DNA of 64,000 bases, taken from positions 45,136,001 through 45,200,000 of the forward strand of contig CM060733.1 in the NCBI GenBank assembly GCA_030704615.1. The letters run 5' to 3'. A program made the position numbers and the translations under genes. This DNA is from Takakia lepidozioides. Lineage: Eukaryota > Plantae > Bryophyta. This document shows, piece by piece, positions 1 to 12,400 of the stretch. Numbering within the stretch: the first letter of the stretch is position 1; each line of letters starts with the position of its first letter. The notes beneath the pieces are model-generated. The model saw nothing but the letters and a program-made list of their open reading frames with translations, was not told where the DNA came from and did no database searches.

Positions 1-119
1 TCTTGGAAAGGCAGTCCATCCACCTAACTGAGTAGAAAGATTTCCATTGCAATATACTATGTGGTGACTGGCCTATTGACAAAGAAGGTCACTGAAGTAA
101 GAAGCCTGTGCTCTCTTAC

Positions 120-2129
120 AGGAGGTATCAGTAGACTTGAAATTGACCCTGAAGAGGAGAGAATGGGAGTTTCCCAGATAAGTGCGCCATCTGGCAAATG
201 CCAAGCTCTTACAGTGCATCCTCCTGACACAGTGATCACATCTGTAAACATAGATACAGTTGGATTACAGCCAGATCCAAAAAATGCAGACTCAAACTGT
301 GTATTGCGAGCACGTCAACCCTAATGATCAGCTGAAGGATCAGGGTCTGACTAGATATACTCCTATTTACAACCCACCAAATATGTAATAACTGTAGGAT
401 TGTGAACTAGCACAATAGGATCTGCAGGCTTCCTTTACTGAGGGAAATTTCCAAGAGTTCAATACTGAAATGTGTGTCACACTGATGTCTGGTAATATTC
501 CCCAGTAATTGCTCATCACATCATGAAAAAGCAAGGGCTCTTCGAAGCCAGCCATGTGAATGACATGTTGATGAATCCTTACAAAATGTTGTTGAAGTAC
601 ACATTTCTTACCAGAGGATTGATGGGAACAATGGCACTCATTAGGTGGATAGATCATCAATACATAGGAAATCCATGCACCTTAACAATTTTCTGAGATA
701 TGGCATCACCGACCAGGGCTCAGGAAACAAACTCACATTTTCCTAATGCAAGCCCAAGTGCATCAATTGTGTCGGACTCCCCCAGTATGTGCCTCCAGTC
801 TGTACCCCACTCCAGCAGAGCAGCCCCCATTTGTGAGAACCTTTCTGTTGAGGGTAAACTGGACAAATAGAGGATAAGGTAGACAGACGACAATGAACCA
901 AAGACATGAGCAGAAAAACATACAGATCTCGCCAGTGCGCAGATTCAGAGATGCGATGGCATTTTCCTCAGTAGCTACAACCACACGCTTCCTTCCACTC
1001 CCTTGTGTCTGGAATACTGCATGCTTCACCCTCCCAATGTATTGCTGGTGCCTGCATTTAGTCCTCCCTTCCACCATCATGAGCAACATAGAAAGATGGA
1101 AGGAGTATGCCTCAAAACATGGTCACTGTCTCCGGCTATTAAATAAGACACTAAAGTAATCTTCTGCCTGATCTCAAATTCCTGCATGTACCCAGAACGA
1201 GAGGAGGTTTGCAGAATTCTTAGCACTCACAATGAGTTGGAAGAGTCTAAGCTCTTTACTTAATCATGATTAGGGTTTCTCTTTCTGTTGCCAAGTTTGT
1301 GTCACCTTGAGATCGATTAATACTTTCCCACCTCTTTGCAACTACAGTACACCAAGACATTCAGTTCTAAACTGTGTTGAATAATTTGGCATAATCGACC
1401 CAGCTGTCACAAATATTTCCACGTACACTACTTGTCCAAACCATGAGCTCTTAACTTGTGGAGCTTCCTGACTCTGACAAACTTCATAAAAATGACTGTA
1501 AACGGTACTAGATACATGAAAACCTAATTTGTGCTTTGTGATCCAGGAGCTCTTCATGCACAGTTCAAGCCTATATTCAAAGCCAGAAATTCCAGGACTG
1601 AGCCTGCCGACTTTGCTTATGAGATTGGCATCGTTACATTACAATCATAATGTGCACGTCACAAAGTCTGCACTTGCATGGTCTCTTCAATTGAATTTCA
1701 GAGTTTCAAGAGATCTTCCTATTTTGCCAAGTCATACCTCTCTGGCTCTTGAAACCGAGCCAGATGGAATTTACAAGTCACATCCTAGGAGGTTTGCAGC
1801 AAGCCTCGTATGTAAAGTTCACTTCGTCGTTAGCTGGCAATCACATAAGCAAGGTTTAATCCAGTAGCCGTGCAAACTCTTGTGCTTAACTTGCAACTTT
1901 ACAGGGTTTTAAGAAATCTCTGAAAGATCTACATACTAAGTCGGATTCCAATGAGGATACTAGACAAAGACAAGAGAACATACCAGTCCCAGACTCCGAC
2001 TTGATCCTCGTACAGAGCTTCACTTGAGGACATAAGAGACCCCAACAACACAACAGACAGCACCACAAGTAGTAGGGCTGGCGGACGCCATGGCCGCCTG
2101 GTGGTGCGCCCTCCCCCTCCTGCCTCCAT
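120..2129 (-). CDS. EMC1: ER membrane protein complex subunit 1, 5' portion (gene continues beyond the left edge)
   Basis: GT-AG exons 2129-1984, 1051-924, 799-737 and 241-120 splice in frame. The product is a signal peptide followed by [60 protein letters not shown]...VRAWHLPDGALIWE, matching the plant EMC1 N-terminus. Confidence 0.92.
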
Positions 2130-2785
2130 CTCTCTGTCCGCTCTGCGCTCAGTGGGGAGATGCCATCGCTGAGCTCACAAGGGGAGTTTCGCACGTCCGA
2201 CGGATAATCAGCTCGTCCCGCCTTCATTCGTCCATATCTCGCCAGAGTGGAGTCGTTCTTAATAGCATGTGTTACTTTGTATCTCTGTCTTTTCTTTTTT
2301 CTTTTTTAAATAAAAGGCGTTGGCCATTTCTCTGTCTCCTTTTCAAAAAATGAAAAATGAAATAAAATACAATAAAATTCTGGCTATTCCATGGTTAGAG
2401 ATGTTTGACATGGCATGAGTGGAAGTTTAGTTAAACAAGTGATCTAGGGCCAGTGACCATTGTCAACAATCATACAACAATAACTTTGTGGGGGGAAGAA
2501 AACTCAGTCCATGACTCAGCCTTGATTTATTTAAATGAAATGGCCGACATACAAGACAAAAAAAGACTTTCGATGTTTTCGGCTAGCTACACTTCTGTGA
2601 CTAGGCAATCTTGCAGCCTTGAAGGGTCTGTTATGCAGTCCATCCTAGTCCTTCGACTGGAAATCATGGATAACCATGACCACTTGCCTATGCCATAGTT
2701 TCTAACCGAGGAGAATGGTACTATGGATATTTAGTAACGGGCAATAAACCTCATTACCATAACCAGTACTTGCACGCGTCACAAC

Positions 2786-5194
2786 TTATGGAGGAGGCAC
2801 ACCGGGAAATCCTAGACTGCCACCACTAGGAAAACCGGCACCGGGAAATCCTAGACTCCCACCACTAGGAAAACCGGCACCGGGAAATCCTAGACTCCCA
2901 CCACTGGGAAAACCGGCACCTGGAAATCCTGGATTGCCACCACTAGGGAAACCGACACCTGGAAATCCTGGACTACCACCACTAGGGAAACCGGCACCTG
3001 GAAATCCTGGACTGCCACCGCCGGGAAACAAACCGGGACCACCTCCTGTAGCGGGTCCGAAAGGTCCAAAACTTCCAAACGGAGAAGGATGGAATGGATG
3101 TTTAGCATCAAAATACTTCAGATTACCATACCCACTTGCCGATGCCCCAGCTTGTGGAGGAGGTACACCGGGAAATCCTAGACTGCCACCACTGGGAAAA
3201 CCGGCACCTGGAAATCCTGGACTGCCACCACTAGGGAAACCGGCACCTGGAAATCCTGGACTGCCACCCCCGGGAAACAAACCGGGACCACCTCCTGCAG
3301 CGGGTCCGAAAGGTCCAAAACTTCCAAACGGAGAAGGATGGAATGGATGTTTAGCATCGAAGTACTTCAGATTACCATACCCACTTGTCGATGCCACAAC
3401 TTGTAGAGGAGGTACACCGGGAAATCCTAGACTGCCACCACTCGGAAAACCGGCACCGGGAAATCCTAGACTGCCACCACTGGGAAAACTGGCACCTGGA
3501 AATCCTGGACTGCCACCGCCGGGAAACAAACCGGGACCACCTCCTGCAGCGGGTCCAAAACTTCCAAACGGAGAAGGATGGAATGGATGTTTAGCATCGA
3601 AGTACTTCAGATTACCATACCCACTTGCCGATGCCACAGCTTCTGGAGGAGGTACACCGGGAAATCCTAGACTGCCACCACTGGGAAAACCGGCACCGGG
3701 AAATCCTAGACTGCCACCACTGGGAAAACCGGCACCTGGAAATCCTGGACTGCCACCACTAGGGAAACCGGCACCTGGAAATCCTGGACTGCCACCCCCG
3801 GGAAACAAACCGGGACCACCTCCTGCAGCGGGTCCGAAAGGTCCAAAACTTCCAAACGGAGAAGGATGGAATGGATGTTTAGCATCGAAGTACTTCAGAT
3901 TACCATACCCACTTGTCGATGCCACAACTTGTAGAGGAGGTACACCGGGAAATCCTAGACTGCCACCACTGGGAAAACCGGCACCGGGAAATCCTAGACT
4001 CCCACCACTGGGAAAACCGGCACCTGGAAATCCTGGACTGCCACCACTGGGAAAACCGGCACCTGGAAATCCTGGACTGCCACCACTGAGAAAACCACCG
4101 GGAAATCCTGGATTGCCACCGCCGGGAAACAAACCGGGACCACCTCCTGCAGCGGGTCCGAAAGGTCCAAAACTTCCAAACGGAGAAGGATGGAATGGAT
4201 GTTTAGCATTGAAGTACTTCAGATTACCATACCCACTTGCCGATGCCACAGCTTCTGGAGGAGGTACACCGGGAAATCCTAGACTGCCACCACTGGGAAA
4301 ACCGGCACCTGGAAATCCTGGACTGCCACCACTGGGAAAACCACCGGGAAATCCTGGACTGCCACTGCCGGGAAACAAACCGGGACCACCTCCTGCAGCG
4401 GGTCCAAAAGGTCCAAAACTTCCAAACGGAGAAGGATGGAATGGATGTTTAGCGTCAAAGTACTTCAGATTACCATAACCACTTGCCCATGCCACAGCTT
4501 CTGGAGGAGGAGGAGGCCCACCAGGAAATCCTGGACCGCCACCACCGGGAAATGAAAAGGGATCACCTCTTGGACCGCCGGGTCCAAACGGTCCAAAACC
4601 TTTAAACGGAGGAGGACGGTCCGGACGTTTTTCACTACTATTGAGATCATTCCCACTAGGTAGTTCCATTGAATGACCTTGCTTGTGTCCTCCGATATCA
4701 TCTCCATTTGGAAGGTTTCCTCCGACATAAGGATGTAGAGCCGCATCCATTTCTCCACCTCCATCAGGAATGCCTTCATCGCTTGGATTTCTACTCTGAG
4801 ACCCATCACCATCGGGCCCTAGAGGACTTGCTAGGGCTCCAAGATCATGACCAGCAGGAGGCTTAAAACTACTCAAAGGACTAGGATCACTAGGTTTGTT
4901 GTCGAGGTCCAAATTACCAAGCACTACACCCTGTGAATCATGCTTGTTCCCAACACCTTCACTTTCACTCTCCAAATCGAAAGGACGAGCTTTACTACTA
5001 GTGTCACCCACCACTACACTCCCAGAATCATGCTTGTTCCCAATCCCTACACTTCCACTCTCCAAATCGTAAGGACGAGCTTTACTATCAACAATACCAG
5101 TACCAACTCTACGATAATCAGCTTGCACACTCCCTACTAGAAAAAACACAAACAAGAGGGAAGGCACCATACGAATCTGTTGCATAGTCTTCAT
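2786..5194 (-). CDS. Secreted Gly/Pro/Phe-rich repetitive protein (~802 aa, intronless), function unknown
   Basis: Uninterrupted ORF with ATG at 5194 (the track start at 5203 is TTG). Hydrophobic signal peptide (SLLFVFFLVGSVQA), six copies of SGYGNLKYF[D/N]AKHPFHPSPFGSFGP separated by GFPG/GGS repeats, and TATATAAA about 55 bp upstream. Confidence 0.8.
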   Translation of the reverse strand: MKTMQQIRMVPSLLFVFFLVGSVQADYRRVGTGIVDSKARPYDLESGSVGIGNKHDSGSVVVGDTSSKARPFDLESESEGVGNKHDSQGVVLGNLDLDNKPSDPSPLSSFKPPAGHDLGALASPLGPDGDGSQSRNPSDEGIPDGGGEMDAALHPYVGGNLPNGDDIGGHKQGHSMELPSGNDLNSSEKRPDRPPPFKGFGPFGPGGPRGDPFSFPGGGGPGFPGGPPPPPEAVAWASGYGNLKYFDAKHPFHPSPFGSFGPFGPAAGGGPGLFPGSGSPGFPGGFPSGGSPGFPGAGFPSGGSLGFPGVPPPEAVASASGYGNLKYFNAKHPFHPSPFGSFGPFGPAAGGGPGLFPGGGNPGFPGGFLSGGSPGFPGAGFPSGGSPGFPGAGFPSGGSLGFPGAGFPSGGSLGFPGVPPLQVVASTSGYGNLKYFDAKHPFHPSPFGSFGPFGPAAGGGPGLFPGGGSPGFPGAGFPSGGSPGFPGAGFPSGGSLGFPGAGFPSGGSLGFPGVPPPEAVASASGYGNLKYFDAKHPFHPSPFGSFGPAAGGGPGLFPGGGSPGFPGASFPSGGSLGFPGAGFPSGGSLGFPGVPPLQVVASTSGYGNLKYFDAKHPFHPSPFGSFGPFGPAAGGGPGLFPGGGSPGFPGAGFPSGGSPGFPGAGFPSGGSLGFPGVPPPQAGASASGYGNLKYFDAKHPFHPSPFGSFGPFGPATGGGPGLFPGGGSPGFPGAGFPSGGSPGFPGVGFPSGGNPGFPGAGFPSGGSLGFPGAGFPSGGSLGFPGAGFPSGGSLGFPGVPPP
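2790..4545. repeat. Hierarchical coding tandem repeat (39-bp subunits inside six ~240-325-bp units)
   Basis: ttcagattaccata recurs at about 3117, 3367, 3607, 3895, 4219 and 4465; ggaaatcct(g/a)gactgccacc subunits occur throughout. Confidence 0.95.
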
Positions 5195-5237
5195 TGCAAG
5201 CAATCAACACGCACACACAAGTTGTTGGTAAGCCATT

Positions 5238-6832
5238 CCAAGACTTCATTTATATAGTGACTCAAGGCCAACACCTCAAACAACATACTGATAAACATAG
5301 CGGCTGTTGTGCACTATAGTAGTGTCCATAGATTCAGTGAATATATTGGGTTTCAAGAAAGCCTAATAATTACCTATCCTGTCGTCATTAGTCAAACTTG
5401 ATGTTGAAGAAATTGAAATTAGGTCACAAATCAATTGTAAACAAGCTTCAACTACAAGAGATTCAATCAACTCACTGGTTCAAACTAACTCGCTCCTTCG
5501 TGCTTGAAATAGTTGTCCAATTTTCCAGAAAAACAAAAAAAAGCTAGGATGTCTTAAAAATGAACTCACCTAAATAGAAATCAAAAACAGAAAAAAGAAA
5601 GGAAAAAAAAGAGCCCTAAATATCAGTGGATGCCTAGGTCAATGAATGAATGGTCTACTTTGAAGCCTTTAAAATCTAAACATAACTGATCTCCATCCAT
5701 TTATCATCCATACTTTCGTCATTCAAAGACTTACAGCGAGTCATCCATCCATCTCTAGTTCGGCCGCCGAACCCAAGCGCGGTTAGGGTTTGAAAATAAT
5801 GATGATTGCCGTTACTGCCACCTTTTTATATTCCGTCAGTACCCCCACGGCCGACAGTTACTTACTCAACCGTAAAGAAACTTTATCTTTTTTTTACTCA
5901 ATGGTAATCCCACTATTTACTATTTACTAATCAGCGAAGTTAACTAGTTATTTACTATCAACTAATCACCCCTTAGTAATTAATAATTCCCGGGCACCCA
6001 AACATTCCTCACCCACTGAATTTAATATCAAAATTATTCCATAATTAATACCAAATTCTTCACTGCGCCGGATATGGATGGATGTAAGAATATTTTTGAG
6101 ATGAAATCTGGTGGGCTGTTGACTAGTATGTAAGGAGGGTGGCAGTGTTGGTTGGGAATAATCTCACGCACTAATGAGCTTCACTCCATTAACATTGTAA
6201 ACTGTGTTGTCTTTTTGTACCAAGACTTCCATTATATAGTGACTCAAGGCCAAGGCATACTGATAAACATAGCGGCTGTTGTGCACTATAGTAGTGTCCA
6301 CAGATTTTTCTTTTTTTCTTTTTTTCTTTTTTAAAGAAAGGGAAAGAAGAAAAAGAAGAAAAGAAAAAGTGTCCAACAGATTCAGTGAATATATTGGGTT
6401 TCAAGAAAGCCAAAAAAAAAAGCCTAATTATTACCTATCCTGTCGTTATTATTAGTCAAACTTGATGTTGAAGAAATTGAAATTAGGTCACAGATCAATT
6501 GTAAACAAGCTTCAACTACAAGAGATTCAATCAAATCAGTGGTTCAGACTAAATCACTCCTTCGTGCTTGAAATAGTTGTCCAATTTTTCAGAAAAACAA
6601 AAAAGGGGCTAGGATGTCTTCTTTTTCTTTTCTTTTTAATTTTAAAACAGGGGTCTGGCCCTGGAAGCTTTATTTGGAATTATTGAAGATGTCTTAAAAA
6701 TGAACTCACCTAAATAGAAAACAGAAACAGAAAGAAAAAAGAAAAAAGAATGAGCCCTAAATATCAGTGGATGCCTAGTTCAATGAATGAATAGTTTACT
6801 TTGAAGCCTTTAAAATCTATATATAACTGATC
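5238..6832. repeat. Direct duplication of the promoter region (about 5238-5692 vs 6220-6832)
   Basis: The block ccaagacttc..tatatagtgactcaaggccaa through atctanatataactgatct is shared in the same orientation; the second copy has A/T-rich insertions. Confidence 0.9.
5248..5255 (-). promoter_or_regulatory. TATA box of the Gly/Pro-rich protein gene
   Basis: Minus-strand TATATAAA about 55 bp upstream of ATG 5194. Confidence 0.55.
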
Positions 6833-9442
6833 TGAGTGACCCACAGAAAGGACACTGGGTGGATTGGGAACTTGGGCCTCCAGAAAGCAAGCACCATTGA
6901 AGCTGCAACAGGGATCCACATGGTGATGGTGCAGTGATGGTGACAAACTCCAAATGCACTGGTTTTGTGTTGCAGGTACACACAAAGTCTTAATGCCAAT
7001 GTGTGCCTCTCCCCATCAATGTACTTCTCTCTCACAACAACCCAATCAAATCTTCACCCTGCCCCCACAGTGGTTAGAGCACTGCAGCTCTGTTGCCTGT
7101 AATCATCCCTTCAAAGTTCAAAACTTCAAATCCATTTGCATCCTGTGGGAACTTCTGTGGTCCAGACGGTGACTCCTGCCCAAGCAAGTGACTCCCTCGT
7201 CCATATGAATTTCTGGGATGTGAGAAATAGATAGAGAGAGAGTGATGCATGTGCTCATATTCTTTCTACAGAAGAGGCTCAGACATCTCTCCTTGTATCG
7301 ATTGAAACGTAGTTGATGGCGCTGGGCAATACAGGTTTGGATGATGCTCATAGGAGGAGGCCCCCCATCATTTTGGCTGGTATGTTAGGCCAACCTTGCT
7401 TGCTGGAAACCTTCCTTTCTGTCACTGCCAATCATCAGCCCAAAAGTTGAAGGTCCAATCTATCTACCTCTAGGAACTGTGGCCAGCATACTAGGAACAA
7501 CCACCACCCTTGTGTGGCATTCTAACATTTTGGCCTCAAATTGGGAAATGAGTTGCTATGGACTAAATTGGCTTTTCAAAAAGTAGCTTTGTGTATATCT
7601 TACCCTGGAGGATACTGCATGCATCGTCACAAGGTAATCTAATGCTCCTTCTTCCCAAGAATATTTTGTTTAAAGGGGAGAAGAGGGAGCGCCACTGATT
7701 AGTATGAGGGATGAAGCAAGGGGTGTACTTGTTGATGATTCCCTATGTTTTGATATCAGCAAGTGTTTGGTAAAAATATTGGCAACCTATTGACTGGGCT
7801 CAGGAGTGCGGAAGAATGAAGCATTCCTGCCTCACCTTCAACCTGCAAGAGATTGAGAAGTCAGTTCCACTTCTCAGAAGGTCTTACCTTCTTATACTGG
7901 CAATTAATGAAAATAGTCGCATAGACCACGAACAAGGAGCCACTTTATCCACAGGGCTTGTAATTTGGTCCTGATTATTTGAAGTTGGGGCAGCCTGGAG
8001 ATGCCCTGGGCAACTTGACCATGGCATTGCAAAAGCTCAAGTTGGGCTGAGTGGTGCCATGTTTGTTCTGGTAATTAATTACTACTTTGCTCTCCTGTGC
8101 TCACCATCTTAGTAAGGGAACAATCACATCACCTCTTTCCAAAATTGGGGCAGCATGTGCTTCACTTTTCGGACAGGGAAAGTCTACTCCAGAACAAAGG
8201 GGCTGCCCCCTCCTATCTAACTCTTAACTCTCCACTGTTGGAGACAATCTATCCTGCCCACATATTGGCACCATAATGCTTCCCTGAGTTCTTGCACATG
8301 CAGGAAATTCAATGTCATTCTTGGTAGATTGGTGAGCACAAACCATCGCATGAAACCATAATCTTGTTTTGGATACACGTCTTTTAAAATACTTCCCGGT
8401 GTTGGATTTGATATTATGCATATGTGAGAGTATGGGACTCTTGAATATCAAAGAGGGATGTTGCAAACCCAGTGTTGGTTTCATAATTTCGGTGAATCAG
8501 GTGTCTGTTTTGTGTGAGGTTGCTTCAAATTCTCTTGCTCACCACAAAGGTACAACACCTGGATCTTTAGCTGCTACCAACGATTGATGTAGTCATCAAC
8601 ATAACCAGTGCACAACTACTCATACTGTCTCTCGAACTGCAGTCAAATTCTTCCAAGAAGGATTCTGATGCACATGAAGACCTGACCAATCAAGAAATTT
8701 ATCATTCCGCAATCTCTACCTAGAAATGTTTCTCCATGATCCCGACACTGCCTCAATCAAAGTTTCACTGCATTCTTCATGAAGGTGGAATTTTGTGAGT
8801 TACATGAGAGGCAGGAGAGAGGCCACAAAGGTAATGGTGGAGTGGACACTGAATGCACTGAGTTGGAGCTCAAATGATAAAAGAAACATCTTGACACAAT
8901 TTATCTACCTAGCATTTCGTCATACCCTTTCAATGTCCTTTCACTAACAGTCAAGAGGGAGAGGGCCCAGATATAACACATGCACATGGTCGCTTTACTG
9001 CAATTAGACGCACAATGTTAGTTAAATGAGACAGGATGACACAGATAAGAAGGATTAGCCCCCCATCCTAATAAACATTACCCCTTACCTCAAAGTCTCC
9101 TCAAAGGAGAGGGTATTGCTATGACACCTTTGGCCGTGGCAGAAGCTCAACAGTCTCTAGCACAAAGGGCTATCATAGACAAAAACTCTGTAGAGAGATT
9201 AAGGGCCACAATATGCAGATGATTTCTCCACATAGTTGGCCCAAACCCCCAATTTTAAAGCTATGTACAAAATGGACGTATTTTTTTCTGTGTTCTAAGA
9301 TCCCAACATGATCAGGATGAAGACTTCCCCCAACTCACAGCCCACTGAGGACATGTTTTTCTGGATAACCTAGAAACTGAGGTTTCTGATATAGAGATCT
9401 CTTTTAGAGGGGAAGAGCAAGACTACTGCTTCAAGTCACCAG

Positions 9443-12400
9443 CTAGTTTGGCTTCTCCACCTCTGGCCCAACGTTGTAAGCAGGCTTCTCGTCAATGTCA
9501 GTCGGCGGAATGATCTGTTTCCAAAACCAGTGTTCGCGCCACACGTAGACCATCTCCTCAATTGGCACACCCTTAGTCTCAGGGAGGAACAAATAAATGA
9601 ATATGGTCATTATCACAACAAACCCAGAAAAGAAAAAGAAAATCCCATACTTGAAGTGACATAGTATGGTCAGAAAGGCCTGGGCAACAACGAATGTGAA
9701 GAAAAGGTTTACTGCCACATTGATAGTCTGGCCAGCCGACCGTGTCTCCAAGGGGAAAATCTCACTGGGGACCAACCATCCTAGAGGACCCCACGACCAG
9801 GCAAAGGCTGCCACATAGATGCAGACGAGTGCTACCACTGCAGAAGATTCCCCCTTAGTCAATGTCTTGGTCCCTCCAAATTTGAGTGCCAGGATAACTC
9901 CAATAATGACCTGCATGCATGCATAGGCCACGGTTGCTGTTACTTCTCTCGCTCCCTTCTCTCTCTCGCTCAATCTCGGTTTCTCTACTTTGTCCCATGA
10001 GTCAATTCCTTCTTCTCTCCCGCCTCGAGTCTGCAGTTGCTATTTTGACGAGTGCTCCACCATCAGCAGTAACAGTGCTGATCACACTTGGCTTGCAAGC
10101 TTACAGATGGCCCTGCCAATCCGTCTTATGACTAAATGGCACATCCATCCGTTCTACATAGGATGTTCTCGTGACTAATCCAACAATGCACGAAAGCTCT
10201 ACGCAGTGTGCCATTCTACACTATCCGCTATGAAATTGCAGGACCACCAACACTGTGACCAGATTACCCATCAGGAGAAGCTCTTCAGCTCCCTTACACT
10301 AACCACAGCCTTTCCAGAACAGTGACAACCAAACTCATTCCCAAAACAGAAAGCAATGTATTAAGAGCTGACCTGACAAATGAACATCTGGACTCCACCC
10401 TCCAAAAACAATTTCCTGCGTCCCCACCGATCCGCTGTGGCAAGAGAAACAAAAGTGGAAACACAAAACACCGCACCCGTAATGACTGATGAGTAGAGAG
10501 AGGCATTGGATCCAAATCCAATGGTGCTGAAGAGGACAGGAGCGTAGAAATTGATAGCATTGATTCCTGTCATCTGCTGGAAGAATGGGATTGCTATAGC
10601 CATCACCAGTTGCGGACGGTTTCGTTTCTGAAGTATGTTGCGGAAAGGGTGTTTTACCTGCAGACCGATTAATTCCTGAAAGGGTCAGATACGTCATAGA
10701 GAAGAATCTGCAGAAGGATAAGGTTTACCTCATTTTGTATCCTTTTTACTGAAATCAATGGCACAGCATAGGGATCTTATGTGCCTCCTTCTCATTGACC
10801 TGTTCATGGTACTTCTGCTCAAGGGAAGTTGAGAGAGAAAGAAATTTCTGATTATCTATATTTTCAGGTAGTTCTCTACCAAGTCCTCGGCCCAGAGGTA
10901 GCATACTGGGAGGGTGCAACCAGGGTTTCTGCCTTACTACTGGCTGACTGGAGTACAAATTGCACATCCATTCAGAAATAGTTGAAGCCCTTGTTCAATG
11001 TTGCCTTCTAGCTATCGAACTAAGAGTCCTCGTACAGTGGCAGAGGTATTATCACTTATGGTGCAATGAATTGTGTAATTCCGACACACAGGTGACCATG
11101 GGCATGGGCCTGGCCTTGGGATTCAAAACTTGATGTGTATCAAACAACCAGATCTGACACTGGCATTGACATCAGCCTGCAAACCACTTTCAGGGCATCT
11201 TCACTCAAAGGTGAAAATCCAGCAAGCTACAGATATCCATTGACAAACCACTTCAGCAACCAAAATCACAGCATGCTCACCTGGTTTGCAGTTGCACTAG
11301 CCTCCTGCATGTCCTCAAATTCTGCGGTCACATTGTCGACACCACGAATCTTAACAAGAGTAGCACGCCCTTTCTCCATATGCCCCCGCTCAATCAGGCT
11401 GTTGGGCGTCTCCGGACAGAAAAGACCCCCAAGTGTAAGACAGATGGCAGGTACAGCAGCCCCTCCAAGAGAGAGACGCCAACCCCATGGTTGCAGCTTG
11501 CTAGTGCCATAGTTGATAATATTAGCACAAAGAATGCCAAAAGTTGTGGCAAGCTGAAACATGATGTTGAGCCTTCCTCGCATATTTGCAGGGGCCATCT
11601 CAGACAAGTAGAGAGGCACAGCCTGCCCCACAAACATCAAATGCCCATCACACACCTAATATGGTATTGAGATCTCTCTGCTGCTTTAAAGATTTTCGAA
11701 TATGCCAAATTTCACATCATACATTGGTGCTCGGCATGGACAAAGAACTCCAAGAATCAAACCAAGATGGAGAGTCATCTAGAAAGCTGCCAGACCAAAG
11801 AATGCCAAAGTTGATGGCGGTGTTCAATGCAACCAGGGAAGAGGATTGGGAAATAATGCCGAAAGCAGAACAACTCTAAAATGCATGGAATTCAACTCCG
11901 GTCAATCCCTTTCACAACATAATGAACCAGTTTAGGGAGACAAAGCACGTGCAGAAGGCTCCCGAGAGCTTGTGTTCTTAAAGTCAGCAACACAGTGATC
12001 GGGAAGGAAGAGTTCGTTTCAGAAAATATCAGACCTGGTTGCCGAACCCAATTCCAAAACCAAGCAGGATTCGGCCTATGATGAGCATAGCCAAGTCTTG
12101 GGCAGCCGCATTCAGAATCGCACCACAAAGGAAGCTCAGGCCCCCACAAAGCATAGTGATCTTGCGGCCCAGAATGCGTGTCGTGTAGGAGGCCCCAAAG
12201 CTGGCCACCATACCCGCAAGATAGAGAGAAGACGTGAAGAGTTGCAGGGCTTGGTTGTCATACTTGCAGTAGTCAGTCTCTTTTGCGGCCTCCTTCTTGC
12301 GGTATACAGTCGGAAAAAACTTTTGCAGGAAGTCACTCATAGACGTCACCCCACCTTCCAATCCGTCGGTTAGAGCTCAGCACAAGAAGCAGCAGACTGT

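Noticed and set aside
2934-4478. 514-aa Pro/Gly ORF on the plus strand
   Set aside because: Antisense shadow of the coding repeat; no ATG start or signal peptide, whereas the minus-strand ORF has both plus a TATA box.
5743-6084. MITE with catccatccat termini between the promoter duplicates
   Set aside because: Only an 11-bp low-complexity inverted match and no clear TSD.
6850-8200. Possible pseudogene exons
   Set aside because: Splice-like signals are present but no frame gave a recognisable protein.
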